A DNA stretch of 64,000 bases from Pseudogymnoascus verrucosus. Lineage: Eukaryota. Below the pieces are notes generated by a model. It did not search any database. It had not been told where the DNA came from and saw only the letters and a list, made by a program, of their open reading frames with translations. Below are positions 1-12,256 of this stretch, one piece after another (position 1 is the stretch's first letter; the number at the start of each line of letters is the position of its first letter). Made by a program: the position numbers and the translations under genes. Location of the stretch: NCBI GenBank assembly GCA_001662655.1, contig KV460227.1; one strand, 5' to 3'.

Positions 1-1584
1 TCGGCCAAAAATTAGCAGTGATCTTAGCTTAGTGTAGCTCCCTGTGGCTTGTCGTCGGTTAGTGAAGCTCATGTCGCTATACCGAAAGAGAAAGTGCCGT
101 GGTGGTATTTCGGCCATATCCCGCAGGAGACACTACAGCTAAATAGGAAATTCGCCGTAGTTTACCCCGCAAACAAACTTCCAACTTCCACAACTTACCA
201 ACCTAGCCTCAGTTTAGCCGCTGTCGCCGATATCCCACAAATTTCTCCAATTCACATGTCTTACCGACCTTTTTATCTCTGCAGCTGTCAAGATGCAAAG
301 AAATCTAGCTGTCTAGAGAACATGTCCCTAGGTTTGCAGGTCTGAGACTTGGCAGCTGCATAACTGACACATCTATAGACAAAGCCAGGCAAGGGCAAGC
401 TCACTCATCAACATCACGGAATCACAGTGCGCCAACAACGCTGTCAGCCACTTGCCCCCCGCGCCTTCCGTTCGCCAAACGAAAATAAGATCGTCGCCAG
501 CCTCCAACTTCCCCTCCTGCCCCAGGCAACTCCCCAACTCCACCCCCTGTCCCGTCCCCAAACGGCCCGAAAATATTCAAATTCGCCCGACGACAGGAAC
601 TGGGCCCATCCAGGGACCCGTCTTCTGAGCCGTCCATGGAAAGAAAAAACGTTTCTCCGTCCACACGTACGTGCGTACCTGTCAGAGATCCCCCGTCTTA
701 TTTCTAGGTTCGTCGAAATAGGGCCACGGGATCGACGAATAGGGCGCCTTACCGTCTAATGTCTATGTTGACGCTCCTTGCGTCGGCTGGTGGCCGAGGC
801 ATCCGCGCCGCAGGTCGACCTCGTGTTTGTTACCCCTGCGCCACGAGGGTTGAGTCTCGCCGCGGTTCTGATGATGATGTCGTAGGCCCAGCTTTGTGGC
901 TTCGCAGGTCTGCTAGTTGCCTGTGTGAAATTTCCCTGTCAATATCCACATTAGCACCGTAGACACCGAGAGTGAGTGAGTTTGTGGGTTTTTAATATTA
1001 CATGATCTTTTCGTTGAGGCTGAGCTTCAACCGTAAGGTTTATCCCTCGGTTCGCTTGAAGTCGGTCTCTGCAAATGCGAAAAGATATGTTGCAAGGCAC
1101 GTTCTTGTGCGGACCTAAATGTCCGAGGAAGCATCCGAGGGGTCGTGAAATTGTTGGAACTGCTCATCTATTCGTTACGAGCCTTACAGAGCAACTACAC
1201 GCGCAGATTAATACGGCGTGCACTATGCGCTGTAATTATTCGCTGTAATTATTACCCCCGGCATTTGGATCGACAACCAGCTTAGAAACTAACCAAAACC
1301 GAGAATCTCACCGCCTACAATCGTAAATATCATTTGTTTACCAAGCACGATCTAGCTACAACCTCGTCGTCGTCAGGGACATAGCCAATAGGTGATCTTA
1401 CGCCCATAAATTAATATATAACTTATGACCCCTACTTTTAAGAAAACAGACTTTATCATCATATCAATTTCTACCTTCTGTGACACTCATAATTTCCATC
1501 CTCAACAAGCCCATTGTGTAATTCGCTGGTAGTCACCCACCTGACTACTAATCCACTGACCTTGAGCTTTCAATAGATTCATAC

Positions 1585-1886
1585 TCAATAAGGTACGGTG
1601 AAAAATAAGCCAGTGGTCGTCGCAGCTTTATTCTTGTAGAAGCCAATGACAGACCACTCGCAAGCGGCGACAGAACATTTCCATGGTCGTTCATGGTGCT
1701 TGATATGCTTGTCTCGGTCTGACATCGACTTGAGACGACTATACGAACAAGAGGGATAAGTGAATTTGTAAAGACGAGATCCATAGTGCCGCGGCAGGGC
1801 AGCGGCACGCATTTGCTTTTGCAGCCGCCTGCCCCATGCTCGAATTTACCGCACAATAAAGCGTCGAAGCATCCGTAGACTGGCAC
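1585..1886 (-). pseudogene. Degraded C2H2 zinc-finger-containing gene fragment (resembles C-terminal finger region of some fungal NACHT proteins)
   Basis: Frame reads RHYGSRLYKFTYPSC..DRDKHIKHHERPWKCSVAACEWSVIGF: two C2H2-like units with the first Cys replaced by Phe. No start codon or continuous frame. Confidence 0.35.
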
Positions 1887-2323
1887 TAGCTTTTGTGAAG
1901 TGGTCCCTCCATAAAATAATCAAGCGTATATCCACTGGACTAGGACGGGGTCAGTGCTTCAATAAGCTTCTTTGGCTTGTATGACATAGCTAGTTGGTTG
2001 AAGATCGACTCATTCCACGAAATTCTCAAAATATCCATGTTGTATTTGGTGGTATACTACAATTAATGATTAAATATATAATGAAATACATAACTCCTCC
2101 GCCGGTTCTTCTAAGATCGATCAAGATGGTAACGTGGTTCATACCATTCGGAACCCCAGTCCTCTGTTTGCAGTATGGGATGAATAACCCAACATACCCT
2201 CCAAAATAGCGAGAGACTTATGAGAAGTGACCCCACACGAAGTCCATTAATATATAGTATATCGTCCCCAATGGCCAGTTTGGGTGAACAGTGAACAAGC
2301 AAACAATATATGCAAGGATATCA

Positions 2324-3382
2324 TTACAAGGCCATCCACATCAATACAGCCGCGCCTATAGCCAATGGATTGGTGAGCGACAGGCCGGCAGCCGCAGAAT
2401 TCGTGGTGGTAGTGGCTGGGGCCGCAGCGGTTTCAGTGCCATTGGATTTCGTACCAGTGCCATTAGAGTTCGTACCAGAGCTATTGGTTGAGCTCCCAGT
2501 ATTGCCTGTGGTCTCGGTGCCAGTAGAGCTCGTAGCAGCGCCATCGGCTGAGCCCGTAGTATCGCCTGTAGTTCCACCAGAGCCACCAGAGCCATGAGAG
2601 CCCGTCGTAGCGCTTGCAGTTTCAGTGCCACTGGAGTGTGCCGTAGCAGATGATGCAAGGGAGGACGACGTAGGCGATGGCTTGGGACACACGTTGTCCA
2701 AGTTGTTATACACAAACTGGTCAGGAGAGCCAGTACAAGCGGTGGCAAGCCCAGGGTTAAATTTTCCCTCCGTATAGATCCAGCAATTGCCGGCGGAATA
2801 TGGCGACTTGCTTTCGCTCATCGCTTTAAAGATGGCGTAGTTGCAGGAATCGGCCTTTGCACAGATACTCAAGCAGTGCGCTGAACCGCTACTAGCATAA
2901 CAACTGCTTTGGCAGTTATCAGGCGGCGTCGGGTACCCGCAGACCGAGGCAACAGCAGAGGGAGACGCGGTGGCGGCGCAGGCGCCAGCAGTAGTGGTTG
3001 CGCTCCCGCCAGCACACACAGGCTTGTCATAGACGGACAGGGAAGGGTTGCCGCAATCCGTACTACCTTTGCTCGCATCGAAGTTTTCACCGGGGTACAG
3101 CAAGCAGGCGCCACTGCCTGTGTAGGGGTTGCCAGCGGAGAAGATGGCGAAATTGCAGGGAGGGTGGTCGTTGCAATATTCCCAGCAGGAGGCCCTGCTG
3201 CTGATGGCGACGGAAAACTCTGGGCCAGCACTCGGGTAGTCGCAGAGACTGGTGATGAGGGAAGCTGTACAGCTTGGTGCTGCGGCGGTAGCTGAAGAGT
3301 CGGCGGGGGCCGCTAGAGCCCGTGGAACTAATAGGGCGATAGAGACCCAGAAAGGAGCGGCGGTGTTCATGGTGGCGAGCAT
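2324..3382 (-). CDS. Secreted, probably GPI-anchored Cys-rich cell-surface protein with two PAN/apple-like repeats and a Ser/Thr/Gly-rich stalk
   Basis: Intronless ORF; ATG at 3382 or 3370. Hydrophobic signal peptide (FWVSIALLVPRALA), two repeats (SCWEYCNDHPPCNFAIF / HCLSICAKADSCNYAIF), S/T/G-rich tail, omega-like NSAA then hydrophobic C-terminus. Confidence 0.8.
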   Translation of the reverse strand: MLATMNTAAPFWVSIALLVPRALAAPADSSATAAAPSCTASLITSLCDYPSAGPEFSVAISSRASCWEYCNDHPPCNFAIFSAGNPYTGSGACLLYPGENFDASKGSTDCGNPSLSVYDKPVCAGGSATTTAGACAATASPSAVASVCGYPTPPDNCQSSCYASSGSAHCLSICAKADSCNYAIFKAMSESKSPYSAGNCWIYTEGKFNPGLATACTGSPDQFVYNNLDNVCPKPSPTSSSLASSATAHSSGTETASATTGSHGSGGSGGTTGDTTGSADGAATSSTGTETTGNTGSSTNSSGTNSNGTGTKSNGTETAAAPATTTTNSAAAGLSLTNPLAIGAAVLMWMAL

Positions 3383-4265
3383 GATAGCGAGCGTGGGTGA
3401 GGAAATGACCGTAAGTGAGGAAATAAACGCGTCCAAAACTGCAAATGCAAAACTGGGGGAATTATTGATATTTAAGCAGGAGAAGGCAGTCGCGACCAGG
3501 AACGGACCTGCCCATTTATCCCTAAGATTAGATAGAAAATGGTGACAGGTGACAGGCCCTGTCTCTGTTGGATTTCAATATAAAAGCTTGGCCAAATGCT
3601 CGTTAGGCAGGCGGTGAGGCGCAGCAACAACTCCAACTCACACTTAGTGCGATGCCACAAGAGAGTAAATAGTCATCGCCATTCGTTACTATTTCAGAAT
3701 TGTTAATAGGATATGCAATATGCCAGTGTATAACACCTATTTAGCCTTCCACCCATTCCCAATTCGCAAGTCGTGCTTATGTGTTGCCATTGTTTTACAC
3801 CCCTAATCTAAGCTTGACTCTCCATCTTCAGGAACACGGGCTACAAATCCGGGGATGCCGATCCACTAGCGGATATTTCGTGGCGTCAGCCGCCGTCAGC
3901 CACGCTCAGACACTAGACTCGAGATCTACCGACGACATGACCACAAGTCGACTTCTACCAGCGGTCGCAAACACGGCAAACCTGCAGCAGTTGCAGATCA
4001 TTGCGAAAGGAAGGTGAAGATGAGGGGAAGTTGGGAAGTTTAAATTGATGACATTGAAGATCAATTCCTAACCCGCGATATTGAGCCCGCGAGGCCCTCA
4101 TACTTGAAACGCTGTCGGCTGAATCCCAAGTCAACGTAGTTATCATACGATTATAAAAGAAGGCTTATAACCCCCAACTAACCTTCCCCCATCAGTCCAT
4201 TATCTCAAAACACAGACAGCAACTACTCAAACCCACAATCCCAACAAATCAATCCACCACCCATC

Positions 4266-4721
4266 ATGCACCCCAAAGCCCTCCTCGCCCTCGCCCTCTC
4301 CCTCCCCCTCGCCGCCACCGCCCTCAAAGCCTCCTTCACCGAATACGGTGCTGGCGACTCCATGGGCTCCCCTAACTGCGCCACCTCCATCAATGCCTGC
4401 GGCGAGCCCGGAGGCGGCTACACCGCCGCGCTGAGCCAATCTCAATTCGGCGCTGGCCCCGGCGACGGCGCGGGTCCTGCATGTGGGACCTGCTACAAGT
4501 TGACTGTGACGACGGATCTGAGCGGGCAGGCGGTGACGGAGAATAGTGTTACGGTGCGGGTCAATAATCTGTGTCCGACGGATGGGAATCCGATTTGTAG
4601 CGTGCCGAATCAATATGGGGCCGAGATACACTTTGATTTGTGTAGGGATTCGGGGGCGACGGCGAATTTCTTTACGAGTAGTCAGGCAGGAATTGGGACG
4701 GCGGAGCAGGTAAGCTGTTAA
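4266..4721 (+). CDS. Secreted double-psi beta-barrel protein, GH45 subfamily C (PcCel45A-like) / expansin-like endoglucanase
   Basis: Signal peptide; motifs ASFTEY, TAALSQSQFGAGPGDGAGPACGTCY, VNNLCP, GN, HFDLC, EQVSC; TATAAAA at about 4152. Confidence 0.8.
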   Translation: MHPKALLALALSLPLAATALKASFTEYGAGDSMGSPNCATSINACGEPGGGYTAALSQSQFGAGPGDGAGPACGTCYKLTVTTDLSGQAVTENSVTVRVNNLCPTDGNPICSVPNQYGAEIHFDLCRDSGATANFFTSSQAGIGTAEQVSC

Positions 4722-4942
4722 ATGGGTGAAGGGGATGGAGAGGATAGGATGATATGAGATTGTATATAGCAGGGAATCTTCGGAAATAAAATAAAATCAG
4801 AGCGGAGACTGCCCAACACAGATAAACTTCGTTATAGTTCTAAAACTTTTCGTAAATGCATTAAGCCACCCAAGAATCGAATGTATCACTTCCAGATATT
4901 GTAGATCTCTTCCAGCGGCGGAAATCTAGCCGTATGCCCAGA

Positions 4943-7900
4943 TCAATAGTAGTCCGACCTATTATCAGTCCATCCTGGACGCAAATAGTCCGCCTCAAAG
5001 CCCGGATCGAACGCGGACTCAACGACACCAAGTACAGTCCAATCAACAGTCAGGCTTGCGCCTGCGGCATCCTGGGCCCAGAGACTGACGGCAATTGTGT
5101 TGTCGCCGTGGTAATCCAAAATTCCTGGGAAGACTGTTTCAAAAGTCAGCAAAGGTGTAGACAAAACAGTGGATTAAGGGATACTGGCCTGGAAACGTGA
5201 TCTGATTGCCGATATGTGGGATGTACTTTCCAAACATATAACCGTTCACATAAACCTGTGCACGCAAATGCAATCCAGTCGGCGAGCTGAGCTTAAGACC
5301 AAGAGACACATCGATGCCCTTCGGAATATCAAGGGGCACGACTGTACGGTAGAAGTTGGCTCCATCGGTGCTGAGTCCCGTATCCGGTGTACCCTTCTTC
5401 CAAGCCGCGTCATTGAAGCCGGGTAAATGCCATCCCAGACGTTCAGCGTGCAGGCCACCCTCGGCATATACCCCACGCACAGGATCGATGTTATCTTCTC
5501 CGCCTGCAGTTCCAGTGAGTTTCCAAGACGAGAATTTGCCTCCCCCGACGAGAGTTGCGTTGTAGATTCCACGTGCGATGGTTGCGCCGCCTCTCAGGTC
5601 TTTGCCCATGTGGTCTTGGATGACGAAGAGGACGTTTTCGGAGTCGGTGTTGAGAGTTGCGTTGGCGAAGGAGAGTTCGAGGGCGCCGTTGGAGTCTTTG
5701 TTGCCGACCCAGGAACCGATATACTTGTCATTCAGATACGCGCTCCATCCGCTGTATATCAATTAGCAATGAGGGGACTCAAATCAAAGAGAGTCTCATA
5801 CCTAAATGCTCCGCCGATAACGTCAAGGTAAACACCAGTGGCAGCTCCTGAGAATCTACCACGCCAGAGAAGGTTGCCATGATGGAACCCTGTGGTGGTC
5901 AGCTAAGTAGTCTTATACACTGAGCCATGCTTACCGTATTCATCCGAGTAAAGAACAGGATATGTTGCGGGAGCGGTCGGGTTTTGGGTTGTCGTATGGT
6001 CCGCATCTGGGAATATTAGCATCTTCAATATACGCCAAGGAGATTAAAGACTCACCTGTCCACTTCGAGTCATCGTAGGCCGCCTTCCTCTCTGGCAGGC
6101 CATCGTTAACTTTCCAGCTTGTAAGTGCAGGAAGACTGGATTTCACCGAGTCAACGGAATGCGTCGAAGCCTTTAGAGTTCCGATAAGACTGCCATATAA
6201 AGTTTTTCTGGTCTGGACCTTCTTTCCATTGAATGTGATTGAGTTAACTGCTTTCGGGGCAAACACTTCGAGGTCGGTCTTCTCAGACCAGTCTCCAGAA
6301 ATGTCAATTGTCTTCTTTTCAATGGCTACATTTCGCACAAGATATGGGCCCTGGACGACGACTAATTTCTGTTAGCAAAGTAATGACAAGCAAATTCAAA
6401 GGTGCCTTACCTGTTGTATTCTCGTAGGTAAACGGGTTGTTTGACAAGCTGGGCACCCAAGTATCGTAAGCAGCAGACCTATCAAGAAGGACAAACCGAA
6501 TGCCAGTTTCGAATTGCAGAACACAAGATCCCTTGGACTGAGTATAAGAGGTAACGAATCCCTTGCGACCTTGCTTGAACTTGATATTGGAGCAGCCGTC
6601 CTTCTTCAGAACCAAAGGTATCCTTATACAGTCTAAGAGGAACTCTCCACTTTCGCCAGCTGGTAACCAGAGGAAAACAACTGGCTTGCCGTCTTGGATT
6701 GAAACAGTCAAAACCTCTGCCGTAGAATAAATAAGCTTCTCACGCCCGACGCTGAAATCGGTGACGATAATCTTCGATTCTCGGCCATTGAGGACAATAT
6801 TGCCGCCATTCTGGGGGATAGTCAATCTACCTGCTGATGTGGAGACATCCAGCTTGAAAGGGCTTCGATCGGTCGATGGCGAGAATGCGTGAGCAGTAAC
6901 ATAGAAAGCTGCATTAGTGTCGGGGTTGCGAAGCTCTGTTGTCATAATGGCTGAGTTCGAGGCATATGTCGTGCCATTGTTGACGCGGTCGACCTTCGTC
7001 AGGTCTCTGGCGACACGAAGGAATTGTGCAAATAGCTTCGTCTCGGAATACTTGTCACCAACGAATCTAGTCTCGCCTACCAAGGGCGTCAGTTGCAGGC
7101 TCGCACATTATTCTCTGTTTATAGACTTACTAATAGGCGCGCTGTAGTCATAACTGGTTCCAACACCTGGGAAGGGGATTCCGGCTATTTCGAGTCAGTA
7201 TTAACTCTCCTGGGCTTTAGAGCGGATGACATACCCCTGTTCACGAGTTAGTTGTTGTTGTCAAAAGTTTCAGAGAGAATCCTTACCAACTAGTTCCTCC
7301 AAACGCCATGTACACATTCACAGCTGTAATCTTTTGGGCGACATTGTGTCTATAGAAGACATTAACCCAATCAGGGCCAGTGTTATTCACACTAAACATT
7401 GTCAGCCAACTATCAATAGCATATGCTAGAGGCGGGATAAAATCTCACCAGCCTCCTTCAGGGCCTCCCCAGGGCAAGTAGCTCCCGCCTTGAAACTCAG
7501 CCAAGAAAGATGGCTGCGTTGGAGCGACATCTTGGAACGATGTGTAGTATTCAAACGTGGTGAAGTCGGGGACATTGCCATTGGTCCCAGTGCACTCCGT
7601 TAAGTCACAGCTCCAGCATGAAGGGTAATGATCCGCGGAATAAATATCCACATTCCCTCCCTCGTTGCTATAATCCTTGGACCACGACTTGGTGTTCATG
7701 TTTGGGTTGTTGTGAATGAGGGGGACATCGATTCCGTTCCTTCTTGCAGATGACTCCATGAGTTCCATATAATCGATGGCCACGAGATCAGGAATTTTCT
7801 TCACGCGGTCGAGCCATTGGTTTCCGAATTCATTTTCGATTTGGTAGATGAAAACATTACCGCCGTTGGTGACTTGGTGCTTGGCAATTATCTGTGACAT

Positions 7901-8615
7901 CCGGTCCATGTATGGCGTCCAAGCATCGGTGTACCGAGTGTCATTGTTGCGCAGCTCACCGTATGCACCAGTCGTAACCCATCCTGGAAAGCCGCCAGCA
8001 GTAGCTTCGGCGTTGACGTATGGTCCGGGGCGGAAGAGGACGTACAGGCCAACCTCCTTTGCAATCTCGAAGAGGCGTTCAAAGTTGTGCGCACCATTCT
8101 CAAAGTCCAGGGATCCGTTCTTTGCATTGTGGTATCCTAGTAACAGTTAGGGTCTAGGTGCCCACCGGGTGTTCTGACAAGGTCTCACCCCAGTTTCCGT
8201 AGAAGCTAATTGTGTTGAAGCTATTCCCGTCAGAGTGTGGTCAGTAATATGATAAATGTGGCATATCTTACCCAGCTGCCTTCACTTTTTGAAGAATGTC
8301 AATCCACATCTCGGGAACTGGGGCTCTCCAGTAGTGCATCTATATTATGACAATCAGATTAATTCAATTGGCAGACAGTGAAGTCCCATACCTCCCCAGA
8401 CCAAATGAATAACCGCTCTCCATTGATTTTGAAACTGTAATGGTCCCTTTGGAGCCGTTAGCCCCTTCAATTCAACAAGCTATATTCAGAGGGTTATTTC
8501 ACCATTCGACGACCTTATTAAGGCCATCATCGTGCAACGGCCATTGTTTGCTCGAAACTACATTCACAGCCAAGCTCTGAACGAGCAGACACGACAGGAA
8601 GCTGGTCAACCTCAT
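4943..8615 (-). CDS. lacB: Secreted GH35 beta-galactosidase (LacB-type), multi-intron
   Basis: Start [47 protein letters not shown], catalytic QIENE and AEFQGG motifs; C-terminal jelly-roll exons ([34 protein letters not shown]). Confidence 0.92.
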
Positions 8616-9185
8616 GGCGACGCGTAAAAAAGACGGGATAGCAAAAGGTAAACAGCATGATGGCAGCTTGATCTTGTCTTATACCAAAAAAATATTAATT
8701 GACATTAGCAGTGGTGGATAAATAGCTACCCCATCTGCAAGCATTTATAAGATGATCCATATAACGGATTAATTTAAACCGTTGTGGTTCGCTGGTTGGT
8801 GCTTAATCGACGGACTATCAAGGTCCGACCAGCCAGCGTAGAGCTGCCGAAGCCAAAAAGCGCCAGGGGCGAATTGGCGTTCCAGTGGGGTAGTGCGGGG
8901 TAGGATGCAACGGCTGCGGAATGAATTTCTTATATAAGCATGAGCAGCTATAATTAAAGGTCACCTGACTATCTGAGGTTATAATCGATTTTATCTCCTT
9001 TCTCTCTCTCTTGACGACTCAAAAGTGAAGCTCAAGATAGTTAAGATTAGTTAAGATTTGGGAGGTGATATATCTACAAGCTCGACGTGACTATTCTTGC
9101 GCTAAAGTGCGCTGGTTTAGAAAGTGAAGCTCACAATTTAGGTAATAGATGGATGATTGAACTTCGACTGCCAGGAGTGATCAAA

Positions 9186-10473
9186 TCAGCTCAAAATTAA
9201 AACAACAACATCGACTCCCTCTTTCCCAGCCAGCATCAGTCCACATTTGAAGCAACACCGCTTATCCCTGCCCAAAACCACGGCATTCGTCCCATTCTCC
9301 GAACGCCACGCTCTTGCAACTGCCTGTCCCCATCGCATTGATCACCGTGATCTCTCCCGCCTTGATCTCCACCTCGTCAAGCTGTGACACATCGTAGATA
9401 GTCCGGTTGTATAACCCAGTATATTGTGCATCTATCTTGTGCGTTCCGTTCCACGGCGGCGCGGCAACGAAGACGCTATTGGTGTAGAGGGTCAAGGAAA
9501 TGGCCTTGTTGGCCTTTGACAGGAAGAAGTCTAGCTTCGCGCGATACGGCGTCAGTGAATTGACCTCGTCTGGGTTAAGTTCCTCAGCGTTGACAGTGAG
9601 CATGCGCAATTTCCTAAGCACGCAAATCTCTTCCGAGTCAGGTGGAAACACAGCATCGTCCCACATCAAACTCCCATCTGATGGGGTGTATGGAGGGTCC
9701 CCACCCGCATAACCTTTCAAATTCATGTCTGGGGCGCCTGTGTGCACTTTCACGAGCGCGCAGGCGTTGGGTAAGTTTCAAGGCCACCGGCCGCTATGCA
9801 TGGCCCCACCCAACCGCCTATTTCGTGAAGATCCGAGAGAACGGCGAGGACCTTTCTAATAATGGACCGACTGCGCCGTTATGAGACTTGGTTGAAAACC
9901 ATGCCGAAGTTTGCGTGGCGAAGCTGAACTTTTCCAGCTGGGGCTGTCTTTTTCAGCGATGGGCATGCTTGGTGGAGGCCGAACATCAGTGTCAAGGGGA
10001 ACATTGATCCAGGGAGTGCCATGCCCGCGACCCAGTCCCAGGTGCGTATGTCGACCAGTGTGCCCACCATATTTTTTGTAGGTTCTCCAGAAAGTAAATC
10101 CAACCAGCAGATAATGGGAACTCCCTGGCCCCTGATTCACACGCTGAACAAGTCCATATCGGTCCTTCAACTTCTCGGAGTCCTCAAATATTTTGATAAA
10201 GCAATTCAACAGCAGCCCCGACACCGCCGTTCTCAGATACTCCCCACCCAGCGCCACGTTAAGCGCATCATCCCGCTTTTCTGGCGACCCATCCAAACCA
10301 ACCGACTGTCCCCAGATGATAAGTCGCACCTTTTCAACCTCGGTCTTGACTCGCTGTACCTCGTCTATCTCGCTGAATTGCGCAGCAGACTGGATGTCGC
10401 TAAAAATCTCAGGCGCAGTGGTAAACAGAAGCGAGACGCCGCCGGCGTGGTCGGCTGCATTGGGGACTTCCAT
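9186..10473 (-). pseudogene. Disrupted gene: N-terminal HeLo (prion-inhibition)-like domain fused to an uncharacterised fungal C-terminal domain
   Basis: HeLo-like KTEVEKVRLIIWGQSVGL...LNCFIKIFEDSEKLKDRYGL. Downstream segments (KVLAVLSDLHEIGGWLGPC; YRAKLDF..LTLYTNSVFVAAPP; VINAMG; ARAWRSENGTNAVV..CCFKC) lie in different frames separated by stops or frameshifts. Confidence 0.6.
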
Positions 10474-11863
10474 TGTGCGTGTCAGTTGACGATAGTTAGG
10501 GGGTTTGGGTTTCGTAAACGCATGGTGATACGTAAATTTACAAGGCAACTAGATAGAAGTATATTTAGACTTGTGTTCTGTAAGGTGTTTTCATTGTGAG
10601 TTCTTGTAAGTAAGCATGTTGTTTTGACCGAGTGGCAGCTAGGCACAGCCCCTGCCAAGACGGGGCAATAGATGAGAGATGATCGACCCTCGCCCACGAA
10701 TACCAGGTTGAGAACCAGGGAGGAACTCATTGACAGTAATGGGGGTAGATGAACTTAGATTCCTAAGATAGTGGCCTGCAACTCTAAAAGACCTCCAAGT
10801 CAAGCTAGAGCTCCCCGTTCCAAGGACCAGGAAATCCGCGACCCCGTACATTATTTGCGATATCAAATCCAAGGTCCCCAACAGTGTCGCATACCACCGC
10901 AAGCAAGCAAGCATCAAATTATGCATTCCCAAAAAGGTATACCCTAACGCCATGAATCATCACCGAGCGCACCCAGCACATTATTCTCTCCCACCGCCAA
11001 ACTTCAGTCTCCGTCGAGTGATGGCTCAGTCGTACGTAACGCGGCCCTTGCTACCGAAGGCCAAGCTCCATTTCTTCATGCCCCAGCGGCGCACATAGAG
11101 AACGTGTGGGATGACCGTGTACTGGTGCATCCTGCGCGTGTGGTTGTAGTGGAAACCCATGTCGAGATATTGTTGTTTATGTTAGGATGATTGGTTGGTG
11201 GAAGATTATATCTGCAGGCCAATGTTAGTTCCATTCTTACGCGCGATAGAGGCGCGAGCAGCTCACAGTTTGGTTTATCTCTGAGGAATCGTAAATCTGA
11301 ATTTAACAGAGAGGTGTTGTCGAAGGGGGATTTTTTGTCTATTTATTTGTCTCAAATCAAGACTTGGAATGTCGGGCGCCTATCACGTATGCCAAGTATT
11401 TGCGTTAGGTGGTTTTGCGGGGCAGGAGTGGCGTTGGTGTGTGTGGCTGGACAGAGCTCTAAGCCACGATTCGCGGAAGTCGTGTCTTCTGACTCGCTTG
11501 TTAGAGATTCCGTTATAGGAGGCGAGCCATTTCTGTGTGAACACAACCATGGAGATACACGTCTCAACCTTTTTAATATTTACGCCTCTTGGTAACCTTA
11601 TCCTAAGTCGATTTTTTCTATGTTTAGATGTATGTCAAGCGTGCCTGCGAAGGACAGCGAAGCTAGAATTGAGGTCGCGATCTAGTGGGCCAGGCTGAGG
11701 AATGTCTTGCGGGTTCCTCATTGCCATGTGCCATTGCTGAAAGGTTAAGCTGGCTCAGAATACCCCACACGTTGGCCATGTTGTGACTGAAGTTTGACAC
11801 AAGATATCATAAGCCTCATACCTAAATATTAACATAAATTCTATCAACTGCGCACGAAGTACC

Positions 11864-12256
11864 TCATGCCCGGACCAAGCAACTGACCCCCAGCCCCTGC
11901 CCCCTCGCCATCTTCACTGAGCTGGCAAAGCAAGCATCACTCCCCTTTCTCACAACCGCATGTTGAGCATTCTCCGAACACCACGCCCTCGCAACAAGTT
12001 CGCCACCATCGCAGGTCGCATTGACAATAAGCACCTCGCCAGGGATCCAATGGACGTTCTTCAAGTCCCGAATGGTGCAAACATGCTGCCCATATCATTC
12101 GAATGCTGAAAATGGGGCCCATTTATACAAGGATGCGATGCGATAAACGAGGGCTTGTTGAAAAGCGTGTATGTAACCGGCTTCTCTTCCACGTTGAAAT
12201 CAATGCTGGCTCTGTACTCCTGATCCTGCGCCTCACCCCGCCTTCCACTTTTCGTG
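11864..12256 (-). pseudogene. 3' remnant of a paralogue of the 9.2-10.5 kb gene (same C-terminal domain)
   Basis: YRASIDF..VTYTLFNKPSFIASHPCINGPH, then a frameshift, then IVNATCDGGELVARAWCSENAQHAVVRKGSDACF. Aligns by eye to the 9186-9550 segment; no 5' part. Confidence 0.6.

Noticed and set aside
1..1500. Possible transposon end or gene at window start
   Set aside because: No transposase/RT motifs, terminal repeats or credible ORF recognised.
10639..11170. Short minus-strand ORFs between the two domain relics
   Set aside because: No recognisable motifs; could not be joined to either relic.
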